IMG/VR virus record: IMGVR_UViG_2882234885_000004
Direction: 5' to 3' (one strand)
DNA: 64,000 nt
DNA from: an uncultured virus (IMG/VR IMGVR_UViG_2882234885_000004)
Taxonomy: Duplodnaviria; Heunggongvirae; Uroviricota; Caudoviricetes
Shown here piece after piece: positions 9,497-18,896 of the stretch; position 1 is the stretch's first letter; every line of letters begins with the position of its first letter. Below the pieces are notes generated by a model, which saw only the letters and a program-made list of their open reading frames with translations, was not told where the DNA came from and ran no database searches. Both the position numbers and the translations under genes were made by a program.

Positions 9497-10963
9497 TTAC
9501 TCCTCCTGCTGTTCCTGCTGAGCCTGGGCCTGCTGTTGGGCCTCCGCCTGGGCCTGCTGGACGGCCTCCTCATTGAGGGCAATGGCCTGATTGATAGTCT
9601 CATCCAGCGCCCGGGCTTGAGAAGCAAACTCACGTTTGGCATCGGTGGTGACATCGATATCATTCGCATCATGAAGCGCATAGGAAATCGTGATGTTATT
9701 GGAATTGAAATCACCGATTTCCGTTGCAAGGGTTGAGTCGATTTTAACCCGGATATAGGCGGGTGTCAACTTCCGTTCCAGGTCGGCATCCTCCAGAAGT
9801 GCGTCTCGGATATAGTCCAAGCGTTCACCGGCCGGGATAGCCAGATAGGACGAATACTGTGGATAGATGCTTTCCTGGTCTGCGTTCCAGATGTCACAGA
9901 TGATGATAGAGGTGAAAGGATATTTCTTTTCACTGGTGACGGTCGTAATCGTTCCATCCTCCTGCTGGGAGGTCTGGCTGGTGGTCTTCTTGGTCACAGT
10001 AATATCGGCCTTGGCCCCAAAATTGAGCAGGGAAGAGGCGGCTGTCGTCTCATCAAGGGGAAGCGTCACATAAGTCATCCCAGCCTGTTCATTGACCCAA
10101 GGATTTGAAGCAGGAGTGTATGTTGCACTCTCATCACCGGAGGCGATGTACCCGCCTTTCGGGATATACTTGTTGACGACCATGCCAATGAGGTTATTGA
10201 CCGTATCCCACTGGTACAGGATACGTCCATTGGCCCGCAGCAGCTCATAATCTGCGGCGCTGATTTCTGCGGCCTGCACATTGTCCTCGGTAATCGTATC
10301 CCCGGGAATCATGATGTCCTTTACCTGAATGACCTGGATATTGCTGAGTGTCGGGTCAGGCTCACTCGTCTGCGGGTTTTCTCCCCCGGTGCCTTGTTGG
10401 CTTCCAGACGGTGGTGTGACCTCCGTACTGCTTGCAGGCGGTACATCCGGCGGCGCAAAGACGCGATTCACAGCGGGTGTAATGATGAAGACCATCAACA
10501 GAAGGAGAATGACTCCGATAATCACCACATGCATCCATGTCAGCGGCAATCTCTTTGATATGGGGGTGTGGAGCTTCTCCATAATGGGGCTTTCCGCACC
10601 GTCTCCTTTTTTCTTGAGAAAAGAAAACAGTCCCTTCGCCTTATCAGCGAGGGAAGTTGGTGTATCGCCGCCGTCGCTGCTGTCATCTACTGACTCATCC
10701 TCGCTGGGCCCCTCGTCTTCGGGTTCTTCCCCGTCAGGAGGCGGGGGCGGAGGGGGAGGCGTGTTGATGATTGCAAGGCGTCCATTCCATTCGCCATTGG
10801 CGTCTAAGTAATAGAAGCGTCTGGTTTTTTCGTCATATAGGCCGGTCTGCTGCAGATTTCCAATTAGAAATGTACGTTTTGGCAGGCTTTTGATTTTCTC
10901 AACATCTTCTTGCGTGAGCTTTATCGTTGTGGCATTTTCTTGCCCAGTATCGGGAGCAGCCAT
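9497..10963 (-). CDS. Membrane protein with a SAF domain, CpaB/RcpC-like
   Basis: TM helix, then IMIPGDTITEDNV..LIGMVVNKYIPKGGYI (SAF pattern); poly-Pro; AGAAAGGAG RBS before ATG 10963. Confidence 0.6.
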   Translation of the reverse strand: MAAPDTGQENATTIKLTQEDVEKIKSLPKRTFLIGNLQQTGLYDEKTRRFYYLDANGEWNGRLAIINTPPPPPPPPDGEEPEDEGPSEDESVDDSSDGGDTPTSLADKAKGLFSFLKKKGDGAESPIMEKLHTPISKRLPLTWMHVVIIGVILLLLMVFIITPAVNRVFAPPDVPPASSTEVTPPSGSQQGTGGENPQTSEPDPTLSNIQVIQVKDIMIPGDTITEDNVQAAEISAADYELLRANGRILYQWDTVNNLIGMVVNKYIPKGGYIASGDESATYTPASNPWVNEQAGMTYVTLPLDETTAASSLLNFGAKADITVTKKTTSQTSQQEDGTITTVTSEKKYPFTSIIICDIWNADQESIYPQYSSYLAIPAGERLDYIRDALLEDADLERKLTPAYIRVKIDSTLATEIGDFNSNNITISYALHDANDIDVTTDAKREFASQARALDETINQAIALNEEAVQQAQAEAQQQAQAQQEQQEE

Positions 10964-10993
10964 CTGTATCACTCCTTTCTGCCTTTATACAAT

Positions 10994-11121
10994 AATATAC
11001 CATGTAATATTAAAATGGTCAATTTCTAAGGGCTGGACTTTGCTTTAGAGAAGAAATTTCACAATAATTTCAATTTCAATAAGTCTTGATTATTGACTGA
11101 TTTATTATTATGTGGTATAAT
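10994..11121. promoter_or_regulatory. Divergent promoter pair (repeated family)
   Basis: Minus strand TTGACC-17-TATATT (11022 to 10994); plus strand TTGACT-17-TATAAT (11093-11121). Confidence 0.75.
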
Positions 11122-11244
11122 CCATTCATATCAATATCATGAAATTCGATAATTTGTACCACTCCACATCATTCAATATTGCACCATCTGACAAAAATTT
11201 ATGTTCATAATTAGGTAAAATATCAGAAGGGGGCGGAATCAGAC

Positions 11245-12171
11245 GTGGCTAGAAAAGCAATTTCAACTGAGGACAAGACTGAGATGCCAAGGAGAAAAAC
11301 GAAGGCAAAAGCAACGAAGCGAAAAGCGGCAAGCTCTTATAGGGAAAAGGCTCCAGTCCGGCGGGACCTTGAAACTGAAAAATTTCCTGCTGACTATGAA
11401 GATGCCCTTTATACCTATGTAAACGCCTATCTGGATTCCATAAAAGACGATACGGCACGGTATACGAAGAAAGCAGCCGCATTCGCTGATTACCAAGAGA
11501 GACGCAGCACAGTTCCGGTCGGCGGCGGACATGCGAAGACAAGAACTTTGAAAGTGGACTTTAGCGATGACGGTCTAGTCCCTCTCATGGAAATTGCTGA
11601 CCTCAATTACTGCGATTTGTTCGATATTGTATTTGCCTCGTTGATAAAAGAGAAAAGAGAGTCTGCCGGGTACAGTGTGGTCCAGTCCCGCCAAATGACA
11701 CCGGACAAGGAAGAACTCCAGCACATTTGCGATTTTCTCGCCGACGAGGAATTCAAGCGGCTTCAAAAACTGGCCTTTGAAATGTCGCCTGCCTTCTGGA
11801 ATACGCCTCAAGCTCTGAAATGGACTCCAACAGAGAGGACCTGGACAATCGCAGAACGAAAACTGCCTGCCCGCGCTAGGGGGCCGATGCTTCCAATCGA
11901 ATTGAAGACTCCCGGCCTTGAAAAGGCGCTACGTGACAACCATCATGGAACAAGAATTCCTATTGAGGATATCCCAGCGATTGCGGAATACTTTCATGTA
12001 TCCATCCATTGGCTTGTTATGGGTTCTGATAAAATAGCGGCCACAGCCAAAAAGCCAAGAACAGAAAGTGTATTAACGGCTTACTGCTTTATGTCAGAGG
12101 CAGCGAAAAAAGACTTTTTGGCAACGGCAAGGTTTATCGCCGAAAAATCCAGTGCAGGGAAGGAGGCGTGA
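11245..12171 (+). CDS. Putative regulator with XRE-like HTH modules
   Basis: IPIEDIPAIAEYFHVSIHWLVMG; basic N-terminus; similar to the next gene. Confidence 0.55.
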   Translation: MARKAISTEDKTEMPRRKTKAKATKRKAASSYREKAPVRRDLETEKFPADYEDALYTYVNAYLDSIKDDTARYTKKAAAFADYQERRSTVPVGGGHAKTRTLKVDFSDDGLVPLMEIADLNYCDLFDIVFASLIKEKRESAGYSVVQSRQMTPDKEELQHICDFLADEEFKRLQKLAFEMSPAFWNTPQALKWTPTERTWTIAERKLPARARGPMLPIELKTPGLEKALRDNHHGTRIPIEDIPAIAEYFHVSIHWLVMGSDKIAATAKKPRTESVLTAYCFMSEAAKKDFLATARFIAEKSSAGKEA

Positions 12172-12174
12172 GGA

Positions 12175-13197
12175 ATGGAGACTGAAAAGACTCCCCAATT
12201 TACCATAATTATAGCCGATAAGCCAGAAGAGGAAGCTCTGGCTAGTATTGATTCTTCAAGTTCAAGCAAAGCAGCGAAGAAACAGGCTGAAGCAAAACAT
12301 GCGGCAGAGGTTCAAGACAGGGTTAAATCCATCAAGGCTGGGCAGGAAAAAGTATATCCAGTTGATGTCCAGTCTCTATATGCGGAGCCCAATCCAACTC
12401 TTCGCACAAAACTCATCGCTACGGTTCTTGATGCCTGTAGAGGCGAGATTATGCAGCGAACAGATGCTGTTATCAAAGAAAAATACGGTCGCTCCCGGTG
12501 TGCAATAGCGGAAGACTGCGGAATGGACCAGACGGCGCTTGCCCGAACTTTAAATCGCAGGTTTTATCTGCCGATGGATTCTTGCGAGAAGTTCTGCTAT
12601 AAGTACCTGAATAAAAGCATCCACGAACTGTTCTTTGGATTTCCAAAGGCAACGCCCCTTCCACGGCACTTAAATTTTCTCGGCCAGGAGCTGGACAGGC
12701 TGAATGGTTCAGGCAGCGACGGCGCGTACGAACTGTGCTCTTTGTATATGCTCTGCAAAGAAATCTTTGACAGGGATGAAGATAAATTCCAGGGTTCATT
12801 GAATGCTCCTGTTGTGGAGGGAGCAGCCTTTGCCATTTGCAGAGAGCGTCTCTATGAAATCGCGGATGGAGTATTCAGCATCCCGGAAGAAGGCGCTGGG
12901 CGTGTCCTATCGTCCAATGTCCGCGCCTGGATACGGAAAATACAGTACAGTGAGGAAGCAAATGGTACGACGTTTGCCATCATGCACTTGGCGATAGAGT
13001 ATCAAACGACCATGGATTATCTGTTGGTCAGGAACTATGTTCAGGTGGGCGATATCTGCTATCGTGACGAAGACGGCAGCGAAGTCATCATCAAAGACCG
13101 CTATGCGAGGGACATCTTTGGAATGATTTTACAGATGTCCGAAAAAGCCAGAACTGAATTTATCCGTCAGGCGTGGTATCGCCTGCTTTTTAAATAG
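12175..13197 (+). CDS. Putative regulator with XRE-like HTH modules
   Basis: IAEDCGMDQTALARTLN..SIHELFFG and IMHLAIEYQTTMDYLL. Confidence 0.6.
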   Translation: METEKTPQFTIIIADKPEEEALASIDSSSSSKAAKKQAEAKHAAEVQDRVKSIKAGQEKVYPVDVQSLYAEPNPTLRTKLIATVLDACRGEIMQRTDAVIKEKYGRSRCAIAEDCGMDQTALARTLNRRFYLPMDSCEKFCYKYLNKSIHELFFGFPKATPLPRHLNFLGQELDRLNGSGSDGAYELCSLYMLCKEIFDRDEDKFQGSLNAPVVEGAAFAICRERLYEIADGVFSIPEEGAGRVLSSNVRAWIRKIQYSEEANGTTFAIMHLAIEYQTTMDYLLVRNYVQVGDICYRDEDGSEVIIKDRYARDIFGMILQMSEKARTEFIRQAWYRLLFK

Positions 13198-13212
13198 ATA
13201 GCATCCCTTCTT

Positions 13213-13246
13213 TCCCTGCTCTGCTGAAACACAGAGCAGGGATTTT
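13213..13246 (+). terminator. Intrinsic terminator
   Basis: TCCCTGCTCTG/CAGAGCAGGGA plus TTTT. Confidence 0.75.
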
Positions 13247-13265
13247 GCACGCACACTGCTCACGG

Positions 13266-13309
13266 TACTTAGGTGCTTAAACACTTAGGTGCCTAAGTTC
13301 TTGAGTGCT
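13266..13309. repeat. Octamer array A (YTAR-GTGC/RCAC units)
   Basis: TTAG gtgc TTAA acac TTAG gtgc CTAA gttc TTGA gtgc; 8-bp period. Confidence 0.75.
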
Positions 13310-13339
13310 CTTTGAGGATTCTTGTTCAGCCTGCTCAAT

Positions 13340-13470
13340 TTGACTTACTTTCCAGCGCGTGGTAGCATAGTTCTATAAAACAAGGAAGTATCTTAATTTA
13401 ATTATACATTTTCATCGGTATTACAAGGCAGTTGTTCTGGATTTCCAGAGCGGCTGCCTTTTTATATATA
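13340..13470 (+). promoter_or_regulatory. Promoter plus leader with a terminator (attenuator-like), copy A
   Basis: TTGACT-17-TAGCAT; 16-bp stem 13425-13460 followed by TTTATATATA, upstream of the first gene. Confidence 0.7.
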
Positions 13471-13548
13471 CACAAACTTTTAAAGATGCCCGTAAGAACA
13501 TAAGACCCTGTACGAATCCAGGGCAGGCGGGCGAAAGGAGTAAGTATT

Positions 13549-13755
13549 ATGTACGACTATGACTATTTCACAAAACGGATGGGTTATGTTATTGATGACG
13601 TACCCCTCGGCTCCAGAGAAGCAGCTTATGACTATCTGGTCACGAAATGCGGAATGGATGACACGGAAGCGGAGTCCTTCCTGCATCGCATCCGCAGTGA
13701 GTACTTGGCAAGGGTCCGGGCTGCGAAAAAGGCGTTGAAGGAGGTGCGTGGATAA
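13549..13755 (+). CDS. Small hypothetical protein
   Basis: GAAAGGAG RBS; stop overlaps the ATPase start (TAATG). Confidence 0.7.
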   Translation: MYDYDYFTKRMGYVIDDVPLGSREAAYDYLVTKCGMDDTEAESFLHRIRSEYLARVRAAKKALKEVRG

Positions 13756-15545
13756 TGGCGACCCATGCCTTGAATGTTCAGGCTGCGAGTTGGAATTCCG
13801 ACCTTTTCCCGGCGGAAATCTCTACGTGGAGTTCGACTCTGAATGACCCAAACTCGCTGTCTCCTCTTAGAATGAGTCCAAACGGCACAGTAACAGGCGC
13901 ACAACGCACTATTCTGAGCGTCGACGCAGCACGGGCCATCATCGCTTACATCAAAAGAGGCGACGCTGATATGGCCCTTGTGGACACGGGGAACGGCATG
14001 ACCTACTCGGCGGAAAAGACCCTGCCGGATGGGACAACACTCGTTGCAACAGTGAATCGGCCGTCATTCCAAAGCAACACTTTAAATCTCAGGGCCTCTA
14101 TCGTAACGGCAGCGGGTGCGTATACCCCAATCCCGCCTCTTTCCAGGAACTCTACTGTCGATTTATCCCCCGTCTTTCTATGCCTGCTGGCGCACGCAAT
14201 CGAGTCCTATCAAACCGTTTCAGAAGATATCGATTTGCTTGCAGCACACTATGCAACGACAGGAAAGTTTGACGGTGCGGCTGTCAACTTCCGCAGAATT
14301 GCGGATTCGCTGGTATTCATTCTAAATGAAAAACTCTTTGACGTCGCAGTCCCCGGGAGCAATATCGATATGCTGGCACAGCAGTCCGTAACGATGGGCA
14401 GTTTGAACGGAGTCACTATTTGTGGGACTCCTAACATTCTGGCTGAAATCAATGGAGTGAAACGGGCAACTGCAAGAACAATGACTTTTGCAGAGGCGAA
14501 GGCAAAATTCAAGTCTTTTGCTCAGAAGCATGAGTGGAGCGATGAAGAACGGGCACTTATCCCGGTGTTTCCCGAGGACTACAAGGTTCCTCAGGAAGCA
14601 ATCAAAATCGCGGACCTCTATGTGGCTACGCGAAACAGCCGTAGGCCCATGAACAACTTCATGTGGCGTGGCGTTACCTCCTATGGTAAATCCAGCGGTG
14701 TGGAGCTGATGGCGGCATTCCTTGAAATCCCGCTCCTGCGGATGACCTGTTCGACCTCGATGGAGACCCAGGACTTCCTGTCAAACTTTGTCCCGGACAA
14801 TGGCCCTCAAGGAAGCATGGCAGGGGAGCTGCCGTCCTTCACGGAGATTTCCGCAGACCCGGCTACCGCATACCAGATGCTGACCGGCATTGAGGATGAT
14901 AATGCGACCTGCGATATGTGCCTGAAGGCATATGCAGAAGCCGCTGTCGCCCGGGCTGGGAATGGGTCTGCCCGATTCAAGCATGTAGAGAGCAATTTCG
15001 TTAAGGCTCTGACCCGTGGCTATATCGTGGAAATCCAGGAAATCAGCCGAATCAAAGACGCCGGTGTGCTGGTCGGACTCAATGAGTATGACCGGCCAGG
15101 CGCGATTATCCCCCTGGTGGACGGCTCCTTTAAGCGCCGCCACCCGGATGCGATGGTCGTGTACACCGATAACGTCGGCTATGCATCCTGCCGGGCGATT
15201 GACCCGTCAGTCCTGCGCCGGATGTCCATTATCATCGACTCCTACGACATGCCGCGAGAGGACGTTATTGCCCGCGTGCTCTACAATACGGATTTCCCTG
15301 ACAGCTCGATGCTTGACCAAATGTACGACGTCTGGTCCGCAATCCAGGAATACTGCCAGGAGCACGACATCTCTGATGGTACTGTCTCGGTGACAGAACT
15401 GGAGATGTGGGCGCTCGCCGTGAAAGTGGATAACATGAGCAACATCAAGGATTACTGCCGTGACTGCGTTGTTGCAAAAGCGACCTCAGACCGGCAGGAG
15501 CAGGAAGCAATTATGGCGGATGTTGTGGATATCCGTCTGAGTTAA
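13755..15545 (+). CDS. AAA+ ATPase, MoxR/CbbQ/CobS-like, with a long N-terminal extension
   Basis: Walker A GVTSYGKS, Walker B-like IVEIQEI, YTDN, DPSVLRR arginine finger; precedes a vWA gene. Confidence 0.85.
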   Translation: MATHALNVQAASWNSDLFPAEISTWSSTLNDPNSLSPLRMSPNGTVTGAQRTILSVDAARAIIAYIKRGDADMALVDTGNGMTYSAEKTLPDGTTLVATVNRPSFQSNTLNLRASIVTAAGAYTPIPPLSRNSTVDLSPVFLCLLAHAIESYQTVSEDIDLLAAHYATTGKFDGAAVNFRRIADSLVFILNEKLFDVAVPGSNIDMLAQQSVTMGSLNGVTICGTPNILAEINGVKRATARTMTFAEAKAKFKSFAQKHEWSDEERALIPVFPEDYKVPQEAIKIADLYVATRNSRRPMNNFMWRGVTSYGKSSGVELMAAFLEIPLLRMTCSTSMETQDFLSNFVPDNGPQGSMAGELPSFTEISADPATAYQMLTGIEDDNATCDMCLKAYAEAAVARAGNGSARFKHVESNFVKALTRGYIVEIQEISRIKDAGVLVGLNEYDRPGAIIPLVDGSFKRRHPDAMVVYTDNVGYASCRAIDPSVLRRMSIIIDSYDMPREDVIARVLYNTDFPDSSMLDQMYDVWSAIQEYCQEHDISDGTVSVTELEMWALAVKVDNMSNIKDYCRDCVVAKATSDRQEQEAIMADVVDIRLS

Positions 15546-15550
15546 GTTAC

Positions 15551-15581
15551 AAGCGGAGCCTGAAGTTTCAGGCTCCGCTTT
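15551..15581 (+). terminator. Perfect 14-bp hairpin between the AAA+ and vWA genes
   Basis: AAGCGGAGCCTGAA-GT-TTCAGGCTCCGCTT. Confidence 0.65.
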
Positions 15582-15597
15582 CTGAAAGGAGTGCAAT

Positions 15598-17676
15598 ATG
15601 CCAAAAAGAGATATTGCGGCTCGGCTACGTCAGATGACGGCCGAGCAGTGTGCCACCCTGGACCCGCAGGAGATATTTACCTCTCCCGAGTTTGCAGAAC
15701 ACCTGCAGGGCCTGGTGAATGAGACCATGAAGATTGGAGGCAAGGCGACTAGCGAAATCTCCGTCAATGTGGTTACTACGCCGAACTCTCCACCTGGTTG
15801 GACAGACGGCAACGACATCTATGTCAATACCATCAATTCCGTATCCAGCCACTACACCTTGCCTTTGGAACAGTTTATCACACTTCGTGGCATCTGCTTC
15901 CATGAGTGCAGTCATGTACTCTACTTGGACTTCAACGAGGAGAAAAAGGCGCTGAAGTCTATTGGAGATGGCAAATTGTATGGCGAACTTCTTGTCCCAC
16001 AGACTGCGGAAGATGATTTGATGATGCACGAAATGGAGGATGCCTTGGCTGACCCTCTGTACCGTCCTATCTTCCAGCAGGTCTTTTCTGACGTCACTAA
16101 TACGATAGACGACCCCCATGATGAGGGGAAAATCATCCGTCGGTTTGGCGGCATCGTGGAACAGGGCATTGTCTTGGCCCGCGAGTCCCTGCTTCGTTCC
16201 TTCGATTATGCGGAGAACATCGTCGCAGGAAAGGGCTCAGACCTGGAAAAAATATATAGCCTTATGCTGGAGTACGCCCGGTTTGAAACCATCATGATGC
16301 GGGACCAGGACGCCTGCTTGAAAACTCAGCCGCTGGTCCAGTGCGTTGTCTCCCTGGCCAAGCCGATTGCCACCGCCCGTTGGACGGATGACATGAAGGT
16401 GCGGTTCGCGCAAATCAATGAGATTATGCTGAAGCTCTGGCCCTATATTAAGGCTGAGTTGGAAAAGCAGAAACAGCAAAAGAAACAGGAGAAGCAAAAT
16501 CAACAGGGGGACGATGATTCTAAGAATCCGCAGGGCAATCAGTCTGGAGGCAATTCCACGCAGGAAGCGGTACAGAATATTTTGGACCAACTCCAGAAGG
16601 TATCCCAAAATCAGAACGTCTCTGCTCACCCGAACCGGCGCACTTCCTCCACGGAAGCTGTCAAGAATCGGCAGGCCGCTCGGGCTGGGAAGCAACCAGC
16701 CAGTGGGGAGAAGACCCGTCCAGTGAATCAGGACAGTGCAATGAAGTCTGCCCAGGCCGCCTTGGACGCTGTTGCGAAGAAAGTCGCAGAACGGATTGCG
16801 GCGGCAGCCATGGAGCGGGACTTGACATCAAACCTGATGATGGAGATAGACCAGACCGCTATCGGCTCCAGTCACAGCGGCAAAATATGTGCAAAGCGTG
16901 ATTTAGAGGTAGATGCCAGTGACATCAAGTTGTACGAGAGGCAGATGGAGGATGTAAAGGCATACTCCAAGAGGCTCCAGAGACGGATGTCTGATGCTCT
17001 GCGTGACATGCAGGAAGGTGGGGTGGCCCATCACAAGCAGTTTGGCAACCGTATCGAGGCCCAATATGCCTACCGCCCGGACCAGAAGTTCTATGCGAAC
17101 AAAAAACTGCCGCAGGACTGGCCCTCTATGGCAATCTCCATCCTGGTAGACCTCTCCACCTCCATGCGAGGGGAGCGGCTGAACTCTGCAATGAAGGCAA
17201 CGATGCTGCTCTATGACTTCGCCACCGGCTTAGGTATTCCTGTATTTGTAGCTGGACACAATGCCGTGTTTGGTCAGGTCAACTATCAAATCATGGCGGA
17301 CTTTGAGAAGGTGAGTGAGAACGATAAGTACCGGCTTGCGCACATGTACCTGAGCGGGTGCAATCGGGACGGAGCGGCCATTGAGGTCTCTTCGTCGCTA
17401 TTGGCTAAACGGAGCGAAGATGTCAAACTCCTGTTCATTATCTCGGACGGGCAGCCTAACGATGGAAACTATAAGGGAGAAACCGCCAAGAAGGATATCC
17501 AGGACATCCTGACCAAGTACCGCCGCAAGGGTATTACGACCTTTGCCACGGCAATCGGGTCAGACAAGGATAAAATCAAAGCAATCTATGGGGACGGGTA
17601 TCTGGACATCACAGATTTGACTCAATTCCCCAAGCAACTGACCAACATGGTCGTGAAGCGCATCATGCGCTATTGA
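15598..17676 (+). CDS. CobT/NorD-like vWA protein with an N-terminal HExxH motif
   Basis: FHECSH; Gln-rich linker; MIDAS DLSTS..NRDG..ISDGQP. Confidence 0.85.
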   Translation: MPKRDIAARLRQMTAEQCATLDPQEIFTSPEFAEHLQGLVNETMKIGGKATSEISVNVVTTPNSPPGWTDGNDIYVNTINSVSSHYTLPLEQFITLRGICFHECSHVLYLDFNEEKKALKSIGDGKLYGELLVPQTAEDDLMMHEMEDALADPLYRPIFQQVFSDVTNTIDDPHDEGKIIRRFGGIVEQGIVLARESLLRSFDYAENIVAGKGSDLEKIYSLMLEYARFETIMMRDQDACLKTQPLVQCVVSLAKPIATARWTDDMKVRFAQINEIMLKLWPYIKAELEKQKQQKKQEKQNQQGDDDSKNPQGNQSGGNSTQEAVQNILDQLQKVSQNQNVSAHPNRRTSSTEAVKNRQAARAGKQPASGEKTRPVNQDSAMKSAQAALDAVAKKVAERIAAAAMERDLTSNLMMEIDQTAIGSSHSGKICAKRDLEVDASDIKLYERQMEDVKAYSKRLQRRMSDALRDMQEGGVAHHKQFGNRIEAQYAYRPDQKFYANKKLPQDWPSMAISILVDLSTSMRGERLNSAMKATMLLYDFATGLGIPVFVAGHNAVFGQVNYQIMADFEKVSENDKYRLAHMYLSGCNRDGAAIEVSSSLLAKRSEDVKLLFIISDGQPNDGNYKGETAKKDIQDILTKYRRKGITTFATAIGSDKDKIKAIYGDGYLDITDLTQFPKQLTNMVVKRIMRY

Positions 17677-17721
17677 ACATGCAAAGAGGCTCGTACCGCT
17701 ATGCGGTGCGGGCCTCTTCAT

Positions 17722-17765
17722 TTAGGCACTTAGGTGAGTAGGTGCTTAGACACTTAAGCACCTAG
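17722..17765. repeat. Octamer array B
   Basis: TTAG gcac TTAG gtga GTAG gtgc TTAG acac TTAA gcac CTAG. Confidence 0.75.
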
Positions 17766-17810
17766 TGAAAATGGAGTGACCAGTAGAAGAATACCTACCA
17801 TCTCGCAAAA

Positions 17811-17941
17811 TTGACCAATAAATTTTAACGTGGTACAATAATCCTATCAAATAAGGGAGTATCTCATTCACAAAACATCTAAATCATCGAAGATTCAAGA
17901 CAGCTTTCCTAATTACATGGAGGGCTGTCTTTTTATATATA
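17811..17941 (+). promoter_or_regulatory. Promoter plus leader with a terminator (attenuator-like), copy B
   Basis: TTGACC-17-TACAAT; 13-bp stem 17897-17931 followed by TTTATATATA. Confidence 0.7.
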
Positions 17942-17969
17942 TGCCACATCTCAAAAAGGAGGAATTTGA

Positions 17970-18890
17970 ATGGTCAACACCATCATTGCCAAGACGAACG
18001 GCAAGGATAAAGTCATTGACTTTCGAGATTGCCTGAACTTGGCAAACAAGGATGACTATGCAATGATGCATGGCATCGGAGGGAAAGAGCACGCCCGGAC
18101 ATCAGTCATCAAGCTGACTATCTGCGATTACACGGCGGGGAAGGGGGAACTGTCCAAGACGGTTTCTGCCAATATCTCACCCGCCACATGCGAGAAATTG
18201 TTTGAGGTCTGCAAGCGAAACATTGGGACGCTCGTTGTCGATGACAATGTGGCTCCCTTGGTTGAGCAAAGGTCCCACAACAAGAAGCAGAATAAGATTG
18301 CGGATATGCAGTTTGAAGTGCTTCAGCACGTTCTGAAACTCACGAAGGCAATCTATAAGGCGGCGAATCAGAAGCAGATGCCTGGCGTGGAAGTCATTGC
18401 GAACTCGCTGATTTCCATGCTCTCGCAGGCAAAAGACCATGTTTTGGCTCAGGAGGAAGACCCGCCCAGACCGGCCGCGTTTGAAATTCCGTGCCACTGT
18501 GACATCAACTATGTTCAGGACCGGGTTCATGCCAGCAAAGCCGGAGCGGATGGGTATGCCCCGGTCCAGCGGCTCACGATTGCCCATCATACCTACCGGC
18601 AGGATGGCAAACAGAGCATGTATCCCTGGATGGTCAAGGTGGTAAACGGGAATGCCTTTGTGAAGGTCAGTGACATTGGGGCCACGACCTTCGACCCCAA
18701 GACACTCCGTGATACGACTGAGGCATTCATCATGATTTCAGACGACGATATGTTTCGTTGCATGAACAGCGTATTGCATTATATCGACGCCTGGGAAAAG
18801 TTGGCCTGTATCCCGCTTATCAAGGAGGGCTTGAAGAAGCGGCAGGCGGAGTATGAAGCGTATAAGCAGAGTCAGCAGGAAGGAGTGTAA
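17970..18890 (+). CDS. Hypothetical protein
   Basis: AAGGAGG RBS; 306-aa ORF heading the ERF/primase operon. Confidence 0.8.
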   Translation: MVNTIIAKTNGKDKVIDFRDCLNLANKDDYAMMHGIGGKEHARTSVIKLTICDYTAGKGELSKTVSANISPATCEKLFEVCKRNIGTLVVDDNVAPLVEQRSHNKKQNKIADMQFEVLQHVLKLTKAIYKAANQKQMPGVEVIANSLISMLSQAKDHVLAQEEDPPRPAAFEIPCHCDINYVQDRVHASKAGADGYAPVQRLTIAHHTYRQDGKQSMYPWMVKVVNGNAFVKVSDIGATTFDPKTLRDTTEAFIMISDDDMFRCMNSVLHYIDAWEKLACIPLIKEGLKKRQAEYEAYKQSQQEGV

Positions 18891-18896
18891 AAACTA

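Noticed and set aside
10735..10760. G-rich tract as a G-quadruplex
   Set aside because: Explained by poly-proline codons on the minus strand
13755..17676. Cobalamin biosynthesis (cobST)
   Set aside because: No cobN or other cob genes; the similarity is at fold level only
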